From Armatimonadota bacterium (GTDB lineage Bacteria > Armatimonadota > Zipacnadia > Zipacnadales > UBA5352), in assembly GCA_034722055.1 (NCBI GenBank), contig JAYENL010000289.1, positions 1 through 20,289 of the forward strand: a stretch of 20,289 nt of DNA. The letters run 5' to 3'. A model generated the notes under the pieces. It was not told the DNA's origin and ran no database searches. It saw nothing but the letters and a program-made list of their open reading frames with translations. Position 1 is the first letter of the stretch, and the number at the start of each line of letters is the position of its first letter. A program made the translations under genes and the position numbers. Positions 8,262 to 18,267 of the stretch are shown here, piece after piece.

Positions 8262-9059
8262 TCACTCGCTGTCGCGCCGGGCCTCAATGAGCATCTTCAG
8301 GTGGCGCTCGCAGAGGCCGGACTCCTCGCCCAGGTGCGCCGCGGCCAGCTCGTCATGGGTGGCCGCCGGATGCAGGGGGCAGGTCGGGTCCTCGCAGCCC
8401 TCCTCATCGAAGAGGCGCTTGAACAGCGCCTGAAGCGCAAAGCCGGTTGCCACCTGCGTGATGCGCTCGTCACCGTGCGCCAGCGCCCGATGGGCGAAGC
8501 GCTCGTCGAGCTCCGCAGCCGCCTCCTCCATGCCGAACCCCAGCAGGTAAGCCCGGCGGAAGGCGTACTCTCGCGGCAGCGCCGGCACCTCCACGAAGCC
8601 GGTGGTGGAGATGATCGACGGCTGCCCGTGCTGAATGATCTGCAGGCGGAATCGGCTGGCCCCCGCCGCCCAGTGGCCGATGCACTGCGCGATGTGGACG
8701 ATGTGCAGATGCTCGCCGCCGCGCTGATCCTGCGGCAGGAGCGTGCGCATCACCTCCTGCAGCGGCTCCGCACGATAGACCGTCCCCAGCTCGCGGTCCT
8801 CCGGCCTCTCGGGCGGCAGGTCATCGCGCCGAGCGGGACCGACAAGGTTGTGGACCTCCCGCTCCCTCAGCCGCGCCGCGACCTCCTCGGTGAGCACCTC
8901 CACCTGTGGCAGGTCGAACTGGCCCAGATGATACGTGAAGAAGTCAGTGCGCGCCTCCACCCCCACTGACGGAAGCAGATCGGACAGGTATTGCGCCACC
9001 ACTCCGATGTTGAGGCCGATCGCATCGGGCGCATCGTAGATAAGAATGCTCTCGAGCAC
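8262..9059 (-). CDS. DUF6775-like (archaemetzincin-related) putative metallopeptidase-fold protein
   Basis: PSIISTTGFVEVPALPREY, DERITQVATGFALQALF and a C-terminal C-x4-C-x22-C-x2-H resemble my recollection of the DUF6775 family. The likely start is GTG 9059 (or 9071). The ORF-track extension to 9431 overlaps the upstream gene and is not credible. Confidence 0.7.
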   Translation of the reverse strand: MLESILIYDAPDAIGLNIGVVAQYLSDLLPSVGVEARTDFFTYHLGQFDLPQVEVLTEEVAARLREREVHNLVGPARRDDLPPERPEDRELGTVYRAEPLQEVMRTLLPQDQRGGEHLHIVHIAQCIGHWAAGASRFRLQIIQHGQPSIISTTGFVEVPALPREYAFRRAYLLGFGMEEAAAELDERFAHRALAHGDERITQVATGFALQALFKRLFDEEGCEDPTCPLHPAATHDELAAAHLGEESGLCERHLKMLIEARRDSE

Positions 9060-9103
9060 GGCGTCTCTCACGTCTTCCAGCGCGAGGGCCGGCCTCGGCC
9101 CCG

Positions 9104-9670
9104 CTACCGGGGCTTGGCCAGGACCTCTCGGATTCGCAGGTCGAAGAAGGTGTTGGTGAAGGCGGGGGAGATGACCAGTGCGGTGTCGGCGCCCCCGTTG
9201 GTGCCACCGATGCCGATGGTCTCCCGGTCCATGTTCAGCATGCCGGCGTCCGCGGCCATCAGAGTGCACTCCACCGCCACCTTGGCGCCCTGGCTGATGG
9301 TGTAGTAGGTGCGCGCGATGATCTCGGCCGCCGCCAGGCCGCCGGCGGCGCTGACTGCGGCGTCCACACCGCCGAGCAGCGCGTGGGGGCAGGTGAGCAT
9401 GCGCGCTCCCTGGCGCTCCGCCTCCTGGCACAGCTCAGGGTCCGGCGGACAGTACCGCTGCCAGTGACCGGCCCCCAGGGTCACGCCGATGACCTCGCCG
9501 GAGAACAGCTTGGCGGCCTCCAGCGCCGTCCTGCCAGTGCTGCTGGCCACGACGAGCTGGTCGATGCCGAGAGCGCCGGCCCGCTCAACGGCCAGCTCCA
9601 GCGTGGCCTGCGTGTTCTTCGGCCCCGGCTCGGCGAAGATGCAGCAGCACAGGGTCTCGGAGCGGTCCAT
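9104..9670 (-). CDS. Stand-alone pyruvate kinase C-terminal (PK_C)-like protein, MTH1675/COG1751 type
   Basis: FAEPGPKNT..TLELAVERA, LVVASSTGRTA, QGAKVAVE..LMAADAG, GGTNGGADTA and IREVLAKPR; GGAG Shine-Dalgarno upstream. Confidence 0.85.
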   Translation of the reverse strand: MDRSETLCCCIFAEPGPKNTQATLELAVERAGALGIDQLVVASSTGRTALEAAKLFSGEVIGVTLGAGHWQRYCPPDPELCQEAERQGARMLTCPHALLGGVDAAVSAAGGLAAAEIIARTYYTISQGAKVAVECTLMAADAGMLNMDRETIGIGGTNGGADTALVISPAFTNTFFDLRIREVLAKPR

Positions 9671-9722
9671 GGCCGTGACTCCGTATGTATCGTGGGTGCG
9701 CGCACCGCATCAGACACGTGAC

Positions 9723-9751
9723 ATCATACCCCTTTCCTCCGGCTGCGACAA
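9723..9751 (-). promoter_or_regulatory. sigma70/sigmaA-type promoter for the leftward gene run
   Basis: Minus strand TTGTCG (9751-9746), 17-nt spacer, TATGAT (9728-9723). Confidence 0.65.
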
Positions 9752-9776
9752 GCCTGGCCGCCGCCGTGGCCCCGTG

Positions 9777-9805
9777 TTGACGCTGCATGGTCGCTATGCT
9801 ATAGT
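9777..9805 (+). promoter_or_regulatory. sigma70/sigmaA-type promoter for cdaA-cdaR-glmS
   Basis: TTGACG (9777-9782), 17-nt spacer, TATAGT (9800-9805), with an extended -10 TG at 9797-9798. Confidence 0.8.
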
Positions 9806-9865
9806 TGTCAGCGCCCCAGAAGGCCTCGAAAACGCACCACAATGTACGCGTAGGGCTATCTTCCG

Positions 9866-10693
9866 ATGGGCGCGGGACTCGCGCAACAGGCAGCGACCAC
9901 CTTCCTCAGCATCGATTTCCTCGACGTGTTGGATATCCTGGTGGTCGCCTACATCGTCTACAGGGGCCTGCTGCTGCTGCAGGGGACCCGCGGCGGCTCC
10001 GTGATCCGTGGGATGATGGTTGTGGTGGTGCTGCTGTTCCTGCTGTCGCTGTTCGAGCTGCTGCCCACTCTCAACTGGATTCTCGCCCAACTGCTGCTTC
10101 CCGGCGTCCTGGCGCTGGTGGTGATCTTCCAGCCGGAGCTGCGGATGGCCCTGGACCGACTGGGACGAGCGGGGGTTCTGGGCTTCAACCTCAGCCGCAC
10201 GGAGTCTGCCACCGCCCAGCGCGTGATCAACGACATCGTGGACGCTGCCGAGGAGATGTCGGATCGGCACATCGGCGCGCTGATGGTGCTGCAGCGCGAC
10301 AGCGGGCTGATGGACATTACCAGGACAGGGAAGACCCTCAACGCCCGCGTGTCGGTGGACGCCCTGGTGACGGTGTTCTGGCCCAACACGCCGCTGCACG
10401 ACGGGGCGGCCGTGATTCGTGATGACCTGATCGTGGCCGCCGGCTGCGTGCTCCCCCACTCCGAGCGGCCCGGCCTGTCGGTGGCGACCGGCATGCGCCA
10501 TCGGGCGGCCCTGGGGCTCTCGGAGCGGACCGACGCCGCCGTGGTGGTGGTCTCCGAGGAGACGGGGGCCGTATCCCTGGCGGTGGACGGGAACCTGAGC
10601 CCGGACCTGGAGCGCACGGAGCTGGCGGAGCGGCTCAACAGGCTCTTCGAGTCCCCCGACGAGCGATCCAAGCTGCTGTTCTGGCGGAGGTAG
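9866..10693 (+). CDS. cdaA: Diadenylate cyclase CdaA (c-di-AMP synthase)
   Basis: Three N-terminal hydrophobic segments, IFQPELR, GALMV, PLHDGA (DGA motif), GMRHRAA (RHR motif) and VVVSEETG. Confidence 0.96.
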   Translation: MGAGLAQQAATTFLSIDFLDVLDILVVAYIVYRGLLLLQGTRGGSVIRGMMVVVVLLFLLSLFELLPTLNWILAQLLLPGVLALVVIFQPELRMALDRLGRAGVLGFNLSRTESATAQRVINDIVDAAEEMSDRHIGALMVLQRDSGLMDITRTGKTLNARVSVDALVTVFWPNTPLHDGAAVIRDDLIVAAGCVLPHSERPGLSVATGMRHRAALGLSERTDAAVVVVSEETGAVSLAVDGNLSPDLERTELAERLNRLFESPDERSKLLFWRR

Positions 10694-10738
10694 CGGCACC
10701 GGCGGACGCCGCCCGCGCCACATGAGGCCGACGAGTGC

Positions 10739-11887
10739 ATGATGGCAAGCCTGCTCGACAACTGGCCGCTGAAGCTCCTGTCACTGGTGACCGCCATCAT
10801 CCTGTGGTTCTACGTGCTCGGAAAGGCCGATCCGCAGACGACGGGCCGGCTGAGCGTGCCCGTGATGGTCAGCAACGTGCCGCAGGGCCTGGAGGCGATC
10901 AGGGTCTCCCCGGAGCAGGCCGAGATCAGGCTGCGCGGGCGGGAGAGCGCGCTGAAGGCCACACCCACGGAGCGCATCAGGCTTGTGGCCGACCTCAGCG
11001 GTGCCAAGGTGGGCAGCAACCGGGTCGCGTTGCGGCCCGAGGGCGTGCCGGCCGGTTTGACCGTGGTTCCCCCATATACTGCCACCGCCAACGTGGAGCT
11101 CGACAAGGTGATCGAGAGGCCGCGGCCTCTGGACACCGAAGTGCGGGGCAAGCCAGCTCAGGGGTTCGTAGTGGACGAGGTCGTGCCGGCGGAAACGGAG
11201 GTCACTGTGCGTGGCCCGGCCAGTCGCGTACGGGAGGTGACCCGGGCGGTGGCGGTTGTGGACACCTCCGGGCTCACTGAGTCCGTCCCCTTCACCGCGG
11301 ACGCCGAGCCCCGCAACAACCGCAACTGGCCGGTGCAGGGGGTGACGACGGAGCCGTCGAGCGTCACCGTGGCGGTGAAGGTGCGCCCGGTGCATGTCAA
11401 GCACCTGCCGGTGCGGCCCCGACTTGGCAGTCCCCCGTCCGGCTACCGCGTTGCGGCGGTGACTACCGACCCTCTGGTAGTCACCGTCACCAGCGATGAG
11501 GAGATGGGCAACATTGACTCCATCTCTACGCTACCGGTGGACATCTCCGGGCTCCGGGGCACCAAGAGCTACCCCGTGTCGCTGAACGTCCCGTCGGGGC
11601 TGTCGGTGGCAGGGCCGGCAGCGGTGGAGGTGACGGTCACGACCGGACGCGTGGGCGGCGAGGCGCCGGCACCCGGCCAGCCGGAGCCGGGGGGCGAGTC
11701 GGGATCGAGCGAGGGAGCCAGTGAGGAGGACAACGCCCCCGAGTCGGGGAATCAACAAGAGCGTGAGGGGGGCGATCAGGATAACGCCGGGGCCGGTGGG
11801 AGTGAGGGTGGGGATGTACAGAATCGGCCGGGCGGCGGACAGGACGATAGCACCGTGACGCCGGGGTCAGAGGGCGCCGGCAGATAA
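10739..11887 (+). CDS. cdaR: CdaR (YbbR-domain) regulator of CdaA with a low-complexity C-terminal tail
   Basis: NWPLKLLSLVTAIILWFYV membrane anchor, about three beta-rich YbbR-like repeats (P-x-x-V-x-V-x-G type), position directly after cdaA, and a Gly/Glu-rich tail from about 11654. Confidence 0.9.
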   Translation: MMASLLDNWPLKLLSLVTAIILWFYVLGKADPQTTGRLSVPVMVSNVPQGLEAIRVSPEQAEIRLRGRESALKATPTERIRLVADLSGAKVGSNRVALRPEGVPAGLTVVPPYTATANVELDKVIERPRPLDTEVRGKPAQGFVVDEVVPAETEVTVRGPASRVREVTRAVAVVDTSGLTESVPFTADAEPRNNRNWPVQGVTTEPSSVTVAVKVRPVHVKHLPVRPRLGSPPSGYRVAAVTTDPLVVTVTSDEEMGNIDSISTLPVDISGLRGTKSYPVSLNVPSGLSVAGPAAVEVTVTTGRVGGEAPAPGQPEPGGESGSSEGASEEDNAPESGNQQEREGGDQDNAGAGGSEGGDVQNRPGGGQDDSTVTPGSEGAGR

Positions 11888-11920
11888 ACCTCGTCGGATT
11901 TCCCGAAAGGAAGAGCAGTA

Positions 11921-13750
11921 ATGTGCGGTATCGTCGGGTATATCGGGAAGCGCCAGGCCACTGAGGTGTGCCTGGCGGGACTGAAGAGACTGGAGTACCG
12001 CGGCTACGACTCCGCAGGGATGGCGATCGTCGAGGACGGTGAGCTTGAGGTGGTCAAGGTGGTGGGGAAGCTCGCGGCTCTCAGCGAGGCGCTGGAGGAG
12101 ACGCCGCTTGACGGGACGGTGGGGATCGGCCACACGCGCTGGGCCACCCACGGGAAGCCATCGAAAACCAACTCCCACCCGCACACCTCCATGGATGGGC
12201 GGATCGCGCTGGTGCACAACGGCATTATCGAGAACTACGCCGAGCTGCGCGACCAGCTTCAGGAGGAGGGCTACGAGTTCGCCTCCGAGACCGACACCGA
12301 GGTCATTGTGCACCTGGTGGACAGGTACTATGAGGGCGATCTTGCCGCGGCCTTCCGACGCGCCGCCGAGGACCTGGAGGGGGCCTTCGCCGTCGGCATC
12401 ATCTCGGCCGACAGGCCCGACGAGATGGTCGCCGCCCGGCGCTTCTCGCCGCTGGTGGTGGGCATCGGTGAGGACGAGAACTTCATCGCCTCCGACATGG
12501 GCGCCGTCCGGGAGTGGACGGATCAGGTCTACGTCATCGACGATGATGAGATGGCCGTCATCACCCGCGACAAGATCGAGCTGACCGACCTGGAGGGCAA
12601 TCCCGTCGAGCGCGAGGCCTACACCATCCCCTGGCCCGCCGACGCGGCGCAGAAGGGCGCCCACAAGCACTTCATGCACAAGGAGATCCACGAGCAGCCC
12701 CGGGCCATGCGGGAGTGCCTCCTGGGGCGGCTGACCGACCCCGAGAAGCCCATCAGCCTCGAGGGCCTGAACATGACCGATCAGGAGATCCAGAGCCTGC
12801 GGAAGGTCGTCTTCACCGCCTGCGGCACCGCCTATCATGCCGGCCTGGTGGGCCGCTTTTTGATGGAGAAGCTGGCCCGCATCCCGTCTGAGGCCGACCT
12901 GGCCGCCGAGCTGCGGGCCCGGGACCCGGTGGTGCTCGACGGCACGCTGGCCATTATCGTCAGCCAGTCCGGCGAGACCGCCGACACCCTGGTGGCCCTG
13001 CGCGAGCTGAGGGAGAAGGGCGCCAAGGTCGTCTCCGTGGTCAACGTCGTGGACAGCTCCATCGCGCGGGAGTCCGACGGCGTGGTCTACATCCAGGCCG
13101 GCCCCGAGATCGGCGTGGCCTCAACCAAGGCCTACACGCTGCAGATGCTGACCATCGCCCTCATCGCGGCCCACTTCGCGGACGTGCGCGGGGCGGCCAG
13201 CGAACACGAGCTCATCGGGCTGCGTCGGGCCATGCTGCGTCTCCCGGAGCAGGCCCAGAAGCTGATCGAGCGTGAGGACGACGTCAAGCAGGTGGCGGCG
13301 AAGTACTACCAGTCCCCCAACTCTCTGTACCTGGCCCGGGGCGTGAACCTGCCGTCGGCGCTGGAGGGAGCGCTGAAGCTCAAGGAGATCTCCTATATCC
13401 ACGCCGAGGGCTACTCCGCCGGCGAGATGAAGCACGGGCCCATCGCGCTGGTGGAGCCGGACCTGTTCACCGTGGCGATCGCCGTCAAGGGCGATGTCTA
13501 CGACAAGATGATCGGCAACATCCAGGAGATCAAGGCCCGCTCGGGGCCTGTCATCGGCGTGGCCTTCGACGGCGACCCCGAGATCCCCCGCCAGGCGGAC
13601 GACGTGCTGTGGGTGCCGGAGTGCCCGGAGCTTCTCTCGCCGATCACCGTGGCCATCCCGCTGCAGATTCTGGCCTACCATATCGCCGACATGCTGGGCT
13701 GCCACATCGATCAGCCACGAAACCTGGCGAAGACCGTAACCGTCGAATAG
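11921..13750 (+). CDS. glmS: Glutamine--fructose-6-phosphate transaminase (isomerizing)
   Basis: MCGIVG N-terminal nucleophile Cys, LEYRGYDSAG, GHTRWATHG, HNGIIEN, SQSGETADT, GALKLKEISYIHAEG, EMKHGP and PRNLAKTVTVE. Confidence 0.98.
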   Translation: MCGIVGYIGKRQATEVCLAGLKRLEYRGYDSAGMAIVEDGELEVVKVVGKLAALSEALEETPLDGTVGIGHTRWATHGKPSKTNSHPHTSMDGRIALVHNGIIENYAELRDQLQEEGYEFASETDTEVIVHLVDRYYEGDLAAAFRRAAEDLEGAFAVGIISADRPDEMVAARRFSPLVVGIGEDENFIASDMGAVREWTDQVYVIDDDEMAVITRDKIELTDLEGNPVEREAYTIPWPADAAQKGAHKHFMHKEIHEQPRAMRECLLGRLTDPEKPISLEGLNMTDQEIQSLRKVVFTACGTAYHAGLVGRFLMEKLARIPSEADLAAELRARDPVVLDGTLAIIVSQSGETADTLVALRELREKGAKVVSVVNVVDSSIARESDGVVYIQAGPEIGVASTKAYTLQMLTIALIAAHFADVRGAASEHELIGLRRAMLRLPEQAQKLIEREDDVKQVAAKYYQSPNSLYLARGVNLPSALEGALKLKEISYIHAEGYSAGEMKHGPIALVEPDLFTVAIAVKGDVYDKMIGNIQEIKARSGPVIGVAFDGDPEIPRQADDVLWVPECPELLSPITVAIPLQILAYHIADMLGCHIDQPRNLAKTVTVE

Positions 13751-13768
13751 TACAGGGGCGAGAGCGAT

Positions 13769-13804
13769 CAGCGGCGCCGCGGTCCCTGTGGCGCCGCTGT
13801 TTTT
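13769..13804 (+). terminator. Intrinsic terminator after glmS
   Basis: CAGCGGCGCCGCGG-tcc-CTGTGGCGCCGCTG forms a 14-bp stem with two G:U pairs, followed by TTTTT. Confidence 0.85.
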
Positions 13805-13844
13805 GCCTGCACGTTCCCCACAAGAACAGACCCGATGTGACGGG

Positions 13845-13853
13845 TGGTACACT
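13845..13853 (+). promoter_or_regulatory. Candidate extended -10 promoter for hsp20-lon
   Basis: TGgTACACT about 30 nt upstream of the hsp20 ATG; no recognisable -35; flanked by TGTGACGG direct repeats. Confidence 0.45.
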
Positions 13854-13884
13854 ACGAGGTGTGACGGAAGGTTGGGCAGGCGAC

Positions 13885-14313
13885 ATGAGCTGGCCCGGTC
13901 GCAGACTTCTTGTGAACTTCGTGACAACGATCGATGGCCCCGGGCGAGGCGTCGTGCGATCCAGGCCGTCGGAGCAGGGCTTTCAGCCGCCCACTGACAT
14001 CTACGAGACCGGTGACGCCATGGTCGTGCGCATGGAGATCGCCGGGATGAGCGCCGAGGAGATCGGCATCTCAGTCGATGAGAGCGCCGGCCGGCTGACC
14101 ATCACGGGGGTGCGCGAGGACCCCGCGCGGGAGGAGCCCAAGCGCTACTTCAACGTGGAGATCGAGTGCGGCGAGTTCATGCGTGTCGTGCAGCTCGCCC
14201 GCCCGGTGAGCGTGGAGGAGGCCGCGGCCTCCTACGAGAGCGGCTTCCTCGTGGTGCGACTGCCCTTCCGCTCCGAGACGGGCGGCAAGCCCCGTAGCGT
14301 GCCCATTGAGTAG
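13885..14313 (+). CDS. Hsp20/alpha-crystallin small heat-shock protein
   Basis: FQPPTDIYET, VVRMEIAGM, LTITGVRE, EIECGEFMRVVQL, ASYESGFLVVRLP and a C-terminal V-x-I motif (VPIE). Start ATG 13885; the ORF-track start at 13609 overlaps glmS and runs through the terminator. Confidence 0.9.
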   Translation: MSWPGRRLLVNFVTTIDGPGRGVVRSRPSEQGFQPPTDIYETGDAMVVRMEIAGMSAEEIGISVDESAGRLTITGVREDPAREEPKRYFNVEIECGEFMRVVQLARPVSVEEAAASYESGFLVVRLPFRSETGGKPRSVPIE

Positions 14314-14357
14314 CCCCGGCACACCGACTGATGATACCTGGAAGTGAGCTGTAGCAG

Positions 14358-16712
<2,355 letters not shown>

Positions 16713-16801
16713 GCGGGCCGGGGCTGACGGCGCGCGGGCCGAGACCGGAGATCTCCAGCGTCCGTGCCGCCGAAGGCAGTTCTGTGTCGAGCCGTATGGA
16801 G

Positions 16802-16823
16802 GGGCCGGACCACTGTCCGGCCC
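16802..16823. terminator. Perfect hairpin between the convergent lon and baeRF genes (possible terminator)
   Basis: GGGCCGGAC-cact-GTCCGGCCC, a 9-bp stem with only a weak U-tract. Confidence 0.45.
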
Positions 16824-16859
16824 GCTGTTGCTTGAGCGCGTCCCAGCCCGGCCGTTGCC

Positions 16860-18020
16860 TCAGTAGCGCAAGATCACCGCCGCGCCGTGGCCGCCGCCCG
16901 GGACCTGCTCGTCCGGCACCGTGTAGGCGGTGCCGCCGTTGAGTATCGTCTGCACAGTCGCGTAGTCGATGAGGTCATAGTCCCACGGCTCCGGCTCGGC
17001 GCGCATCTGCACGTCCTCGCCCATCTCCGGCACCCGGCCCCAGTACTGGCGATCCACGGCGCCGATGAAGGTCGCAACGCGCCCGTCGTGTGCCGTCAGG
17101 GCTACGCCCTTCATATCGTTGGTGGCTCTGTTGTAGGCCAACGCCTCCTCGAAAGCCTCCCGGACCTGCGCGATGCGCCCCCGAAGGTGTGGCGCCAGCA
17201 GTTTCCAGGCCCTCTCCCGCAGCTCCTCGGGCCACAGGTGCTCGGGATTGCCCCTGATGGGCTGGTCGAGCAGGTGCTCGTAGGTGTTGGCGTCCCGGTA
17301 GATGGGGAAGAGATCCCCGACCCCCGCGAAGATCAACGGCGAGCGGCCGTCCATGTACTTGATGATCCCCTTGCTGACCTCGCGGAAGTACTGGAAGAGC
17401 TCCTGGTAGGACACCGTGGTCTCCCTGCCGTGGCCGTGGAAGGCGGCCTCGTGCCCACCCCCCGGCTCCTGGATCCTCGGCCGCGCGGTGCGCTGCTGGA
17501 GGCTCTCCCTGGGCTGGATATCCGGCACGACCTCCGCGATGTGCTGGGGGACCTGCTGGCGCGAGAGGGGCTCCTCGGCTTGAACGAAGCGAGTGCACTG
17601 CAGCAGGCGCACGTCCTTCTGGCTGATGCCCAGCACGTAGAACTCGGCGTTCTCGGCGAGCACCGGCAGCAGGGGCTTGGCGTGGAAGCGGTCGCTCACG
17701 CGCACCTGCTGATCGACCTGCACGGGGGTGTGCAGGATCTCGCTGAAGCCGTCGGCCAGGAAGGCCGCCAGGGCTCCGGCTCCGTAATCGTTGGGGCCCA
17801 GATCGGCCTGGAAACCGCGGGCCGGCTCAAGGATACGTTCGATCTGCTCCGGGGCCACGTCCCACTCCTTGAGCGTGGCCTCGGCCTCCTGAATGCCGGT
17901 CTTGAGCCAGATGGGGTCACCCTCGGCCTCCGCACCCGAATCGTGGGTCGGGGAGTAGATGGTCACACAGGGCTGGTCATGCTGCTCGGCAAGCTGCTGC
18001 AGCATCTGGTCTGTAAGCAT
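16860..18020 (-). CDS. Bacterial archaeo-eukaryotic release factor-like protein (baeRF3/baeRF7; Balon/Rv2629-like putative ribosome hibernation factor)
   Basis: PCVTIYSPTH...DPIWLK N-terminus, VSDRFHAKPLLP, FYVLGISQKDVRLL, FHGHG in place of GGQ, PLIFAG, I-x-GNPE, GRVATF and a C-terminal GGTAY...AAVILRY typical of the aeRF1 fold. AAGGGAG Shine-Dalgarno. Confidence 0.8.
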   Translation of the reverse strand: MLTDQMLQQLAEQHDQPCVTIYSPTHDSGAEAEGDPIWLKTGIQEAEATLKEWDVAPEQIERILEPARGFQADLGPNDYGAGALAAFLADGFSEILHTPVQVDQQVRVSDRFHAKPLLPVLAENAEFYVLGISQKDVRLLQCTRFVQAEEPLSRQQVPQHIAEVVPDIQPRESLQQRTARPRIQEPGGGHEAAFHGHGRETTVSYQELFQYFREVSKGIIKYMDGRSPLIFAGVGDLFPIYRDANTYEHLLDQPIRGNPEHLWPEELRERAWKLLAPHLRGRIAQVREAFEEALAYNRATNDMKGVALTAHDGRVATFIGAVDRQYWGRVPEMGEDVQMRAEPEPWDYDLIDYATVQTILNGGTAYTVPDEQVPGGGHGAAVILRY

Positions 18021-18078
18021 CTCATCGCTCCCTTTGAAGCGCGTCTGTCCACCACATGCGATGAGGTGGCGTTGTCTG

Positions 18079-18267
18079 CTACTGTTCTTGTTCGCGGGTG
18101 AGGTTGGTGATGCCTATGTAGATCTGCCCGGCGAGGAGGGGTAGCAGGCTCATGACCAGCGCCACCAGGATGCCGGGCGTTCCCGGCCAGGCGGTGTCCA
18201 GGACCTCGGTCAGGCCGGGCATCTTCACGGCCGCCGCCAGCAGACCCACGCACAGCGCCAGCGCCCC
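18079..18267 (-). pseudogene. In-frame C-terminal remainder (last two TM helices) of the P-type ATPase, beyond an internal TGA
   Basis: The same frame continues GALALCVGLLAAAVKMPGLTEVLDTAWPGTPGILVALVMSLLPLLAGQIYIGITNLTREQEQ to TAG at 18079-18081. Confidence 0.75.

Noticed and set aside
9086..9101. GGGCCG-gcct-CGGCCC hairpin between the PK_C-like and DUF6775-like genes
   Set aside because: It is a short GC-only stem with no U-tract, which is common in high-GC DNA, so I did not call it a terminator.
9060..9431. N-terminal extension of the DUF6775-like ORF to 389 aa
   Set aside because: It overlaps the PK_C-like gene in another frame and is low-complexity; the family-like sequence starts at about 9059.
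9671..9865. c-di-AMP (ydaO) or other riboswitch near cdaA
   Set aside because: The predicted leaders are only about 45-55 nt on each side, too short, and no consensus elements are visible.
11860..11920. glmS ribozyme-like words (GGCGCC, and CCTCGTC as the reverse complement of GACGAGG) before glmS
   Set aside because: The orientation is wrong, there is not enough space, and the remaining core elements are missing.
13836..13851. CRP/FNR-type palindrome TGTGA-N6-TCACA
   Set aside because: The second half-site (GTACA) matches only 3 of 5 positions; a direct-repeat reading fits better.
13609..13884. N-terminal extension of hsp20 to 234 aa
   Set aside because: It overlaps the glmS 3' end and crosses the terminator; ATG 13885 gives a normal 142-aa sHSP.
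14344..14352. GTGAGCTGT shared between the lon and aPBP upstream regions
   Set aside because: A single shared 9-mer among all intergenic sequence is plausible by chance, and its distance from the start codon differs between the two genes.
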